From: Candidatus Woesearchaeota archaeon
GTDB taxonomy: Archaea; Nanobdellota; Nanobdellia; Woesearchaeales; BM511
Assembly: GCA_023266675.1 (NCBI GenBank)
Contig: JAHFPP010000006.1
Coordinates: 1 to 34,438 of the forward strand
Direction: 5' to 3'
Length of the DNA stretch: 34,438 bases
Position 1 is the stretch's first letter; every line of letters begins with the position of its first letter. Of this stretch, positions 1 to 8,537 are shown in pieces. A program made the position numbers and the translations under genes. The notes beneath the pieces were generated by a model that was not told the DNA's origin, ran no database searches, and saw only the letters and a list, made by a program, of their open reading frames with translations.

Positions 1-577
1 AATGCTTGTTTTCCACGCCATAAACATCTCTGATAACTGTTCCACTTTTATCCATTAATCCATTATACTCTCCACTGCCAATTAAAAGACATCTTACTGC
101 TGAAAGTAAAACAGCGTCATTTGCTGCAGGGATATCATTATCTCTTCTTACCTCGTGGAAAGAAAGCCGGTCGTTATAATTGGAAATAGGGATTGTGTCT
201 TTATTAATGTCAAAATAAACAGACTTGACAAAGTTTGTCCTTTCTTCAGCATCTTTCTCTTCTTTGTCAGTTATTAAAATTTGGGACACTCCATAAATTC
301 CTCTAAAAATATCTTCATAAAACGACATCATTTTGTGCTGTCCAATTCCTGCAAGCCAAATAAGATCATCAGTTGGAATCGCGCTGTTTTGGCGTTTGTC
401 ATTTTTTAGCTTTTTTGCAATTGCAACAGCGCCAGATGCTTTGATATAAGTTTTCACGCCAGTCTCTTCTTCGTGTCTTTTAAACTGAAGGGCCCAGTTA
501 TTTCTCAGTATATCATAATTTAATCCGTCTCCTTCAAACAGGCAGTTTGAGCCGAATTTTACAACTTGAATCTTCAT
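1..577 (-). CDS. Glutamate 5-kinase (ProB)-like amino acid kinase, 3' end runs off the window
   Basis: Not in ORF track. Hand translation from ATG 577: MKIQVVKFGSN...ASGAVA...LAGIGQ...QILIT...IPISNYND...DNDIPAA, matching ProB motifs (VVKxGS, SSGA, AAxGQ, QxLLT, PIINEND, DND). GGTGA SD upstream. Confidence 0.75.
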   Translation of the reverse strand, partial: MKIQVVKFGSNCLFEGDGLNYDILRNNWALQFKRHEEETGVKTYIKASGAVAIAKKLKNDKRQNSAIPTDDLIWLAGIGQHKMMSFYEDIFRGIYGVSQILITDKEEKDAEERTNFVKSVYFDINKDTIPISNYNDRLSFHEVRRDNDIPAANDAVLLSAVRCLLIGSGEYNGLMDKSGTVIRDVYGVENKH

Positions 578-783
578 GAAAGTCACCTTGGTTATTTTAT
601 TTATTAAATAGTCTTATTTTATTATCATAACTTTTAAATTAGAAATATTTTTTTAACCCCTAACGGGAAATATGATTATGCTGAAACTGCTTTTTTGATT
701 ATTAAAAATATTAGAAGCTTTATCTTTTACAAGGAATATAACCACAACTTGTGTTTGACATGATAACAGTTAAACGTGTGAAA

Positions 784-791
784 TATATAAA
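784..791 (-). promoter_or_regulatory. Putative archaeal TATA box upstream of the proB-like gene and its uORF
   Basis: AAAGA-TTTATATA on the minus strand, 22 nt before the ATG at 761. Confidence 0.5.
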
Positions 792-805
792 TCTTTAGAT
801 ATCAA

Positions 806-1327
806 TCAATAAAACTCTTTTCTCATAATCAATCCGTTTTCTTTATCAAAGAACTTAATTATCTCGCGCTGAATTGCAAAACCTGTCCTCTGATAAAGAT
901 TTATTGCGTTTTTCCATCCTTCTGAAACTATAAGTTCTGCATTTGTAACCTTGGCGTACTTGGTTTTTATATCTTCTATTAATCCTTCAAGAAGCATATT
1001 ACCAAGACCGTTACGGCGACACTCAGGCAATACCACAATGGAGGATATATAAAGCGTATCACCTAAAACAGTGTGGTTGTCTTTTATTGAATGGTTGATT
1101 GCATAATGAGTATCTCTTATCTTTTTAGAATCCCATATCTCTGATGATATATATCCAACTAATCGATTGTTATCTTTTACAACAAGAAAACCATCTCTAA
1201 ATACACTTGCTCTTTCAAGCAATATCCCCTCGCTTTCTTTCACTTCATCAGAAAATGATTTGCTTTCTACTTTAATCATCTCATCTAAATCTTCAGATGA
1301 TATATTCTTAATTGAAAAATTAACCAT
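806..1327 (-). CDS. GNAT-family N-acetyltransferase
   Basis: Acetyl-CoA motif LYISSIVVLPECRRNGLG and AINLYQRTGF. Start set at ATG 1327 after a GAGGT SD. Confidence 0.85.
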   Translation of the reverse strand: MVNFSIKNISSEDLDEMIKVESKSFSDEVKESEGILLERASVFRDGFLVVKDNNRLVGYISSEIWDSKKIRDTHYAINHSIKDNHTVLGDTLYISSIVVLPECRRNGLGNMLLEGLIEDIKTKYAKVTNAELIVSEGWKNAINLYQRTGFAIQREIIKFFDKENGLIMRKEFY

Positions 1328-1350
1328 TTTATACCTCAATTCTAATCAGA

Positions 1351-2835
1351 TTATACTAAAGGCCTCATAAAAGGGAAATAGATTACGTCCCGTATCGACT
1401 TCTGATTTGTCAAAAGCATAACCATCCTGTCAATACCAAGTCCAAGCCCGCCTGTTGGCGGCATGCCGTATTCTATTGCTTCAAGAAATGGTTCGTCAAA
1501 TGGGTGGGCTTCCTCATTTCCAAGGCTTTTTGCTCTGTCCTGCTCTTCAAGAAGTCTTCGCTGAATTATCGGATTATTCAGTTCTGAGTAAGCATTTCCA
1601 ATTTCCATCCCGCAGACAAACGGCTCAAAACGTTCGATAAGATCAGGATTTTTCCTGTGTGTTTTGCAAAGAGGGGTTGTTTCTTTTGGATGGTCAATAA
1701 CAAATGTTGGAGAGACTAAATTTTTCTCTGAATATTCCTCAAAAAGTTTTTGTACAAGTTCTCCTTTGTTTGTATATTCGCCTGCGTTTATTTTACTGTT
1801 ATAACCTCTTCGCATTACCTCCTCTTTGATATCATCAAGTGACATTTTCTCGACTTCTATTCCCAAATTTTCAAGAACAGAGTCATACATTGTCACTTTT
1901 TTCCACGGTGGCTTAAACTCAAGCATCTTCCCTTGGTATTCTACTCTTGTCGTTCCATTCACTGCTTCACATATGCTTGAATACATATTCTCGGTCAATG
2001 ACATCATATCTTCATAATCCTGATAAGTTGCATAACACTCCATCATTGTAAATTCAGGATTGTGTGTTGCATCAATCCCTTCATTCCTAAAATTTTTGCT
2101 TATTGTGTAAACTCTTTCGATTCCACCGACAATTAATCTTTTCAGATATAGTTCTGGTGAAATGCTCAGATACATCGGAATCTTTAGGGCGTTAAGCTCG
2201 GTTATGAACGGTCTTGCATTTGCTCCACCATAAATTGGCTGAAGAAGCGGAGTTTCAACTTCCAAATATCCGTCTCTATTCAAGAAGTCTCTAACACCTT
2301 CAATTATTTTTGTTCTTTTAATCAAAACCTCTTTTACTTTTGGATTCATGATGAGGTCAACGCTACGTTGCCTGTACCGAAGTTCCGGATCTTTAAATCC
2401 TGCGCGTTCGTCAGGAAGAGGTCTTATTGACTTGCTTAGTATCATATACTTATCAACATTTATTGACAGCTCCCCGCTTCTTGTCCTGATAATTTCTCCA
2501 TCTGCACCAAATATGTCGCCAATATCTACTTTTTTTAAGAGCGAATAATTCTCTCTTCCTAATTTTGATTCAAAAAGACAAAGCTGCATTCTCCCTTTTG
2601 AATCTTCTACATCCATAAACGTGACTTTTCCCATATCTCTTATAGCGCGAATTCTTCCTGCAACAGATTCATTTCTTCTTGTTGATTCTCCTTTTTCAAC
2701 GGTTCTATACCTCTCACGCAATTCTGCGGATTTATGCGTTACCTCAAAATTATGAGGATACGGGTTTATTCCTAACCCTAATAACTCTTCAAGTTTCTTT
2801 TTCCTTTCATTAATCAATGAATTTTCGTCTGCCAT
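1351..2835 (-). CDS. lysS: Lysyl-tRNA synthetase, class II
   Basis: N-terminal OB anticodon domain (VAGRI...MGKVTFMD), RYRQRSVDL, motif 2 FRNEGIDATHNPEFT, motif 3 YGMPPTGGLGLGIDR. Confidence 0.97.
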   Translation of the reverse strand: MADENSLINERKKKLEELLGLGINPYPHNFEVTHKSAELRERYRTVEKGESTRRNESVAGRIRAIRDMGKVTFMDVEDSKGRMQLCLFESKLGRENYSLLKKVDIGDIFGADGEIIRTRSGELSINVDKYMILSKSIRPLPDERAGFKDPELRYRQRSVDLIMNPKVKEVLIKRTKIIEGVRDFLNRDGYLEVETPLLQPIYGGANARPFITELNALKIPMYLSISPELYLKRLIVGGIERVYTISKNFRNEGIDATHNPEFTMMECYATYQDYEDMMSLTENMYSSICEAVNGTTRVEYQGKMLEFKPPWKKVTMYDSVLENLGIEVEKMSLDDIKEEVMRRGYNSKINAGEYTNKGELVQKLFEEYSEKNLVSPTFVIDHPKETTPLCKTHRKNPDLIERFEPFVCGMEIGNAYSELNNPIIQRRLLEEQDRAKSLGNEEAHPFDEPFLEAIEYGMPPTGGLGLGIDRMVMLLTNQKSIRDVIYFPFMRPLV

Positions 2836-2844
2836 TTTTTCACT

Positions 2845-3117
2845 TTATTCTCTAATTATTCTTACAATATCTCTCCTTGCTTCAAAACCGCCTTTTGGCA
2901 AACATAAATCATCTATACCAATATTTGCAATCTGCTCTTCTGAGATTTTTGATGCTGATTCGGGAAGCAGGCATCTTGAGTATTCAACAAACCTTGACGT
3001 TCCTTCCGGTACTTTTCTCATTTCTTGCTTTATCATGGTGTAATCCTGCTTTCTGCATTCAAATGCCAAAGTGCAGTAATTCATCACTCCGTCTTTCTTT
3101 CTGTATTCACAATCCAT
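2845..3117 (-). CDS. Small hypothetical protein with several Cys (possible metal binding)
   Basis: Tightly packed between the decarboxylase and lysS. GGAG SD before ATG 3117. CEY-x9-C-x5-C N-terminus. Confidence 0.65.
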   Translation of the reverse strand: MDCEYRKKDGVMNYCTLAFECRKQDYTMIKQEMRKVPEGTSRFVEYSRCLLPESASKISEEQIANIGIDDLCLPKGGFEARRDIVRIIRE

Positions 3118-3136
3118 TTTTCTCAACTCCTTGTTT

Positions 3137-4594
3137 TCATTTTTTCATATCTACTGTTTTGACATATTTATTGTTATGATCACACATATGCAGAGAGCCG
3201 TCTCGAGATCTTTGTTCAATCAGGTATTCAACAGTTATTTTATCAAAAACTTCACCCATTTGCACAACATAAATCCCCGGAGGGTAGCATTTGATGTTTT
3301 CTCCGGATACTTTCCCAACAAGTGATTTAATATCAAATGGAGTATCTTCTTTTTTCATAGTCTGGACTTCAAATGATTCATATGCCCTCTCAACGCGTCT
3401 TGGCAATGGCGCGTAATTTTTTCTTGAAGAAGAAGCTGAATCATCTCTCCTTCCTTCTTGAATTATTCCTCTGATTTTATCTGCGGTGTATTCAATGTCT
3501 CCTGGGTTTAATGCAAAATTCATTATGAATGTTAATGACCCAATCTCATCTTTCTCAGGGATTATCTTGTATCTCTCCTGTAGCAGATTAGAAATTTCAC
3601 CACCAGTCATTCCTGTTTTTCTAACATCAATGTTTACTTTTGTTAAATCTGAATCAACAATGCTTGGATACTTTTCAAATGTCATCACTTCAACGCCATC
3701 TATACTGCTCAAGTATTGTCTAAACCTGCTTGCATATTCTATTAATGTTTCAATCCTTTCTTTTCCATGCTCTTGCATAACCTGGCGAGTAACATCCATC
3801 GATGCAAGTAAGGGGTATGATGGGCTTGTTGTGTGAGTTACGTTAAATGAATTGTAAAACTCATTTCTGTGGTCTTTCATTCTTTTCCCAAAATGGGTTA
3901 TATTTGACGGATTAATTCCGCCTCCCTGTTTGTGCATACTTTGCGTAGCGATATCTGCTCCAAGCTCAATTGCGGATGTAGGGAGATTTGGATTAAATGC
4001 TAAATGAGCGCCCCATGCTTCATCAACATAAACAAAGGATCTGTTATCTCTAACTTTAAGCTCTTTAATCAGTCTTTCAAGGTCAAAGCATCCTCCTTCA
4101 TAGTTTGGACGAGTTATGAGTACTACTTTGGTATCCGAATTCATTTCTTTTAGTACGTCGTCAACTGTTGGCGGTAAAAATAACCCTGAACTTGAATCAA
4201 AATTAGTATCAACATACCTAACGGGAACTTTTGAGTTCATTGCACCTTCGACAACGGACTGGTGCACATTTCTTGCAGCAAGCACATGAGGTTTGGAGTC
4301 ATACTTTGTAAACATGTTCCCTATAAGATTAAAAATCGCCATATTCGCACCGCTTGTTCCGCCATACCCAAAATGCGAAAATCCATCACTATTCTTGTAT
4401 GCTATTCTGGCAAGTTCACTCATTTCTCCAAATACGCCTGTACTGTCTTGTGGCTTTCCAAATTTAGCTACAGAGACTGACGCTTCAAGATTGGAATTAT
4501 ATGACTTTTTTACTTCTTCAAAAACTGAAGGTGTGCAGAATAATCTGCTGTCCTTTAAATCTTTAAATTTTTCACTTGGTAGTTTTCTTTCCAT
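3137..4594 (-). CDS. PLP-dependent Orn/Lys/Arg decarboxylase (fold type I)
   Basis: GGTSGAN, ARNVHQS, TRPNYEG, VDEAWGAH, PLP-lysine motif TQSMHK, TTSPSYPLLASMD, C-terminal YPPGI. Confidence 0.9.
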   Translation of the reverse strand: MERKLPSEKFKDLKDSRLFCTPSVFEEVKKSYNSNLEASVSVAKFGKPQDSTGVFGEMSELARIAYKNSDGFSHFGYGGTSGANMAIFNLIGNMFTKYDSKPHVLAARNVHQSVVEGAMNSKVPVRYVDTNFDSSSGLFLPPTVDDVLKEMNSDTKVVLITRPNYEGGCFDLERLIKELKVRDNRSFVYVDEAWGAHLAFNPNLPTSAIELGADIATQSMHKQGGGINPSNITHFGKRMKDHRNEFYNSFNVTHTTSPSYPLLASMDVTRQVMQEHGKERIETLIEYASRFRQYLSSIDGVEVMTFEKYPSIVDSDLTKVNIDVRKTGMTGGEISNLLQERYKIIPEKDEIGSLTFIMNFALNPGDIEYTADKIRGIIQEGRRDDSASSSRKNYAPLPRRVERAYESFEVQTMKKEDTPFDIKSLVGKVSGENIKCYPPGIYVVQMGEVFDKITVEYLIEQRSRDGSLHMCDHNNKYVKTVDMKK

Positions 4595-4635
4595 TTTTGC
4601 ATAGCTCCCGCTATATTGATTTTAATCACCGCTCT

Positions 4636-5085
4636 TTAAATCGACAAAAATTTCTCTCTGTCTATATCTTCAATGATGTTGAATGTTTTGATATCATTTA
4701 TCCGAAAAGTGTTTTGAAGCACTTCAAGGAAATGCTGAGTTTCTCTCTGATTCCTAAACACTGTTTCAGCAAGGTAATCATATCCTGAATTTGTAAGATA
4801 CAAGTTGTTCACATTTGGGTGCGCCTGAAGGTATTCTTTTATCAATTCCCGGTTTTCAGGAAGCACACTCATCACATGGACATTTTTTGAATTGTATCCA
4901 ACCTTTTCAAAATTTATCAGCGCAGTATGTTTTATCATACAGTCCTCATTTGATTTTATTCTATCAAATACTGTCGATATCGGGATTTGTGTGTTTTCTG
5001 ATATCTCTTTTAGTGATGCTCTTGCATCTTTTCTTAAGTGTGAAATAATTTGAATGTCTTTTTCTTTCATTTTGGCATATCTCAT
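4636..5085 (-). CDS. Lrp/AsnC-family transcriptional regulator
   Basis: wHTH DIQIISHLRKDARASLKEIS...ISTVFDRIK plus RAM domain (HPNV...SGYDYL). Confidence 0.9.
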   Translation of the reverse strand: MRYAKMKEKDIQIISHLRKDARASLKEISENTQIPISTVFDRIKSNEDCMIKHTALINFEKVGYNSKNVHVMSVLPENRELIKEYLQAHPNVNNLYLTNSGYDYLAETVFRNQRETQHFLEVLQNTFRINDIKTFNIIEDIDREKFLSI

Positions 5086-5522
5086 TTATTTAATGGAAAT
5101 ATAGTCATATCCACTAGATATCGAGAATCGTTCTTACTGTCAAAAAACAAAGTCCTTTTGTTGTACTCTGCAGCAGATGATACAATATCTTCTCTTGAGA
5201 CGTGTCTTGGCAAGCCTAAAATCAGTGTGCCTACATCTGCATGCAGAGGTGAATGTATCAATTCATCAATACGCCTTAACGCGTTTTCAGTTTGGTCATC
5301 AAGAGGAGTTACATAAACTTCAAATTTAATTCCTTTAAATGCGTTATATTCTTCAAGTGACGTGGCTCCTTTCATAAATCCCTCTTTTAGTTTTACAGGG
5401 CCATAAACCTGATTTCCTTCTCTGCATAGATAGCGGGTATCAACTGAAGATACTGAACTGCAATCGATGATTATGGCGACTTTATTGTCTATTGTTTCAT
5501 TATCATTAATTTTTCCTGCCAT
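5082..5522 (-). CDS. Hypothetical protein, first gene of the Lrp operon
   Basis: GGAGG SD before ATG 5522. Stop overlaps the Lrp start. Confidence 0.65.
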   Translation of the reverse strand: MAGKINDNETIDNKVAIIIDCSSVSSVDTRYLCREGNQVYGPVKLKEGFMKGATSLEEYNAFKGIKFEVYVTPLDDQTENALRRIDELIHSPLHADVGTLILGLPRHVSREDIVSSAAEYNKRTLFFDSKNDSRYLVDMTIFPLNK

Positions 5523-5556
5523 TTTTTGTCCTCCCAAAAAACATTTTTTCGTTAAT

Positions 5557-5573
5557 TTCGTAATATCTACGAA
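5557..5573. promoter_or_regulatory. Palindromic operator candidate TTCGTA-ATATC-TACGAA
   Basis: Perfect 6-5-6 inverted repeat between the minus-strand TATA-like box (~5586-5593) and the operon start. Confidence 0.45.
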
Positions 5574-5675
5574 TAAGCCGGAATATTATATATACTTTTG
5601 GCAATTATAATTATTACATATAATTATATAATTACTTTTAGAAAAGTATTTATATTAAATGAATATTTTGACGTT

Positions 5676-6590
5676 ATGAAGAGAAAAATAAATAGAGTCG
5701 GACAGAACACTTTGACTGTAAGCCTCCCAACCAAATGGGCTCAAAAACACGGATTAAAACAGGGAGATGAGGTTGAGGTTGAGGAAGAGGGGTCTTCAAT
5801 TATAATCGGCACAGCACATAAGCCGCAGAAATTGGATATCACAATTGACTTGTCTGATGCTGGCGTAATGTTAAACAGAACTATTGCAGCAATATACAAA
5901 GCAGGGTATGACAGGGCAAACATCTCATACAAAACTCCGTCTGAATTGGAAGTTATACAAAATACTGTGTATAGGGCATGTCACGTTTATGAAATTATGA
6001 ATATTAAAAAAAATGTTGTTGAAATCAAATCTATTTCAGAGCTTAACCATCTTGATTTCAATTCTGTTTTTAGAAAGATGGCTCATGCTATTTTAACCAT
6101 CTCCCAAGAAACTTATGAAGCTGCTAAAAACCAGAATTATGAAGAGCTTTCAGTAATAATTCTAAAAGACAAGGTTGTAGATAGACACGCCGATTTTTGC
6201 AGAAGAGTAATAAATAAAAATCATGAACTTGATTATGAACGAATTGGGCCTCTATATGTAATTGCTGAGCAAACAGAGATTGCAGCTGACATATTTAAAA
6301 TAATCAGTAAAGAGCTAATAAAAAATAGAATAAAACTTTCTCCTGCAATGTTACATCTGTTTAGCGAGGTTCATATGATAATGGAACAGTTATATGATAT
6401 GATTCACGATTTCAATATAGATAAAATCAGGAAAATTGGTCATCAAGAAGTTAAGCTTAGGGAAGAAATAGATGAACTTTGTAAGACGCAAAAGAAAGAC
6501 ATAAAAGTTTTAGCTTACCTAATAAACATGTTTGAAACATTGTTTGAGATGAAAAGCGCAGTTATAACTCTGCACATAGGAATAAAATAA
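5676..6590 (+). CDS. AbrB/MazE-domain, PhoU-like phosphate uptake regulator (archaeal type)
   Basis: MKRKINRVGQNTLTVSLPTKW...GLKQGDEV (AbrB), IAAIYKAGYD, helical PhoU-like repeats (DKVVDRHADFCRR). Start moved to ATG 5676, 21 nt after TTTATA. Confidence 0.85.
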   Translation: MKRKINRVGQNTLTVSLPTKWAQKHGLKQGDEVEVEEEGSSIIIGTAHKPQKLDITIDLSDAGVMLNRTIAAIYKAGYDRANISYKTPSELEVIQNTVYRACHVYEIMNIKKNVVEIKSISELNHLDFNSVFRKMAHAILTISQETYEAAKNQNYEELSVIILKDKVVDRHADFCRRVINKNHELDYERIGPLYVIAEQTEIAADIFKIISKELIKNRIKLSPAMLHLFSEVHMIMEQLYDMIHDFNIDKIRKIGHQEVKLREEIDELCKTQKKDIKVLAYLINMFETLFEMKSAVITLHIGIK

Positions 6591-6619
6591 TTACTATTAA
6601 GTAGTTATTAATAGCAACA

Positions 6620-6627
6620 TTTATAAA
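6620..6627 (+). promoter_or_regulatory. Putative TATA box for the NUDIX/kinase-like operon
   Basis: TTTATAAA 22 nt before ATG 6650, preceded by an imperfect inverted repeat CTATTAA-N7-TTAATAG. Confidence 0.55.
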
Positions 6628-6649
6628 TCTAATATGCATACTGTCCTCT

Positions 6650-7324
6650 ATGATATGCTCAAAAGAACAGCTTGAGGGAATTGTTAATAAGTCATTAAGT
6701 TTTAAACCTCTTACTGAGATACCTGCAATTTTAGCGTATACTTCTAACTCAAGCGGATTTAATGAGGGTGAGAGAGAGTTCTTTCAGATATTTGATAAAA
6801 AGGACAATCCTATCATTGTTGATGATAAACCGCTTGTTTTATATCGCGGAGAATGCCATGGTGAAAACAGGATAAAAGGATTATATCACCGTGGCGTTAA
6901 TATATTATTCTTAAAAGACGGAGAAGCGTATGTCTCCACAAGAACACTTGATAAAGATACTTACCCAGGATATACTGAATTTAGCGCTTCAGAGCATTCC
7001 AAATTCGGTGAAGATTATCTAACTGCTGCAGTAAGAGGGTGCATGGAAGAACTTAAACAAAAAGTCAGTCCAAAACAACTTATGCCTTTCTTGCACACTA
7101 AATTTGACAATGAAACCCAGTCAGAGCAAGTCACGTACTATCTTTTACGCCATGACGGCAGTGAAATAAAACCAGACACAACTGAAATTGCAAAAGGCGA
7201 ATGGGTTGACCTAGCATATCTCAAAAACACGCTTAAAGAGGATGAATCAATGGCAAAACTTCATTTTAGAGATGATCATTTACCGGCATTGAAATACTTC
7301 TTAAGGTGTTATGATGGTGGATAA
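6650..7324 (+). CDS. NUDIX hydrolase (IDI type 1/YfcD-like branch)
   Basis: GLYHRGVNILF, R-x3-KDTYPG, Nudix-like box SEHSKFGEDYLTAAVRGCMEELK, EIAKGEW. Confidence 0.8.
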   Translation: MICSKEQLEGIVNKSLSFKPLTEIPAILAYTSNSSGFNEGEREFFQIFDKKDNPIIVDDKPLVLYRGECHGENRIKGLYHRGVNILFLKDGEAYVSTRTLDKDTYPGYTEFSASEHSKFGEDYLTAAVRGCMEELKQKVSPKQLMPFLHTKFDNETQSEQVTYYLLRHDGSEIKPDTTEIAKGEWVDLAYLKNTLKEDESMAKLHFRDDHLPALKYFLRCYDGG

Positions 7325-8537
7325 TTCTGACTATAACGAGATAGTGCATGTTTATCCCGATGATACACATAGTTTTGATCCATTTTATACTTTAAATGAA
7401 TTGACTAATAAACTGATTAAACATACTTTCTGGAAAATTTCTTCCTCATCTACTTCTAAAGGCATGCCTCCAACAAAAATCGATGCAGTAGAACTTGCAA
7501 GGTATACCCTTAATAATCCCTCTGTAAAATCTATATTTTCTATACATTCAGGATCACCATTATTTCTTAATAAAAACCGTTTAACTAATTTATTTTATCA
7601 ATTAAATGATACCAATCCGGGTGTCCTTAAATTAACATCCCATAACCTGCTCCCTTATATTTATCAGGGGGATAATGAAACAAGACGAATAGCATATAAA
7701 TTAAAATTTTCAAAAGTAACGGTTATGTCTTTATATGAACCTACACCCAGGTATTCATCTTCATTACCTTTTATAGATATCTTTAACTTTGATAAATTAA
7801 CTGATACAATTATTGGTGTTGGTTTTGATGGCTCTTTATCAAAACGCACATTTTCATTATCTCCTTCTTTTGAGACTAATCCCTTAATTAATCTATTAAT
7901 TAGTGATGCAACTCCTAAACTTTATGTTGTTGTTGCACCTACGGGATTTGGCAAGAGCACGCTTATTGATGAGATGCGATATTTGTGTGTTAAACCGATG
8001 CCAAAGGTTACAACAAGGCCAAATAGAAATTTAGCTGAATTGCGAGATGATTCTATTGAATTTGTTTCTAGAGACACGTTTACTGAAGGGGTTAAAGAAG
8101 ATTTTATTGTTGGGGGACACGCATATAATAGCCATCTTTATGGTTTAAAAAGAGATAAAATAAAATGCATTCCTTCTACACATAGGAATTATATCGTCGA
8201 TTCTTGTGATGTTGAGTCTGCGCTTAGATTAAGGCAAGAATTTCCTGATTTGGTCAGACTTGTAACTCTCTTTCCTTCAGTAACTTATTCAGGATTTGGT
8301 CTGGAAGAACGATTAAAAGATTTATCAAAACCTTCTTCTGGTTTTGATTCATTTCAAGAAGAATTAGACTACCTAAAAAGAAATAAGATTGCAAAAACAG
8401 ATACAAAAGCGCGCTTGGAGTATGTGGTCTCAGAATCAATAAAGTTTGAGAAATATTTACCGCACTTTGATATTGTACTTAAAGGTTATGACCTGCAATC
8501 AAATGTCAACCAATTACTTTTGGAGATGGCAAAATGA
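7311..8537 (+). CDS. Unknown N-terminal domain + C-terminal guanylate-kinase-like P-loop domain (paralog 1)
   Basis: LYVVVAPTGFGKSTL, KVTTRPNR, EFVS, YNSHLYG resemble the GK P-loop and NMP-binding motifs. Confidence 0.75.
   Translation: MMVDNSDYNEIVHVYPDDTHSFDPFYTLNELTNKLIKHTFWKISSSSTSKGMPPTKIDAVELARYTLNNPSVKSIFSIHSGSPLFLNKNRLTNLFYQLNDTNPGVLKLTSHNLLPYIYQGDNETRRIAYKLKFSKVTVMSLYEPTPRYSSSLPFIDIFNFDKLTDTIIGVGFDGSLSKRTFSLSPSFETNPLINLLISDATPKLYVVVAPTGFGKSTLIDEMRYLCVKPMPKVTTRPNRNLAELRDDSIEFVSRDTFTEGVKEDFIVGGHAYNSHLYGLKRDKIKCIPSTHRNYIVDSCDVESALRLRQEFPDLVRLVTLFPSVTYSGFGLEERLKDLSKPSSGFDSFQEELDYLKRNKIAKTDTKARLEYVVSESIKFEKYLPHFDIVLKGYDLQSNVNQLLLEMAK
7917..8537 (+). repeat. 621-bp duplicated kinase-like domain, copy 1
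   Basis: Equal-length counterpart at 9113-9733. In the conserved motifs most differences are at third codon positions. Confidence 0.85.

Noticed and set aside
1351..2835. EpmA/GenX-type LysRS paralog
   Set aside because: It has a full N-terminal OB anticodon-binding domain, which EpmA lacks.
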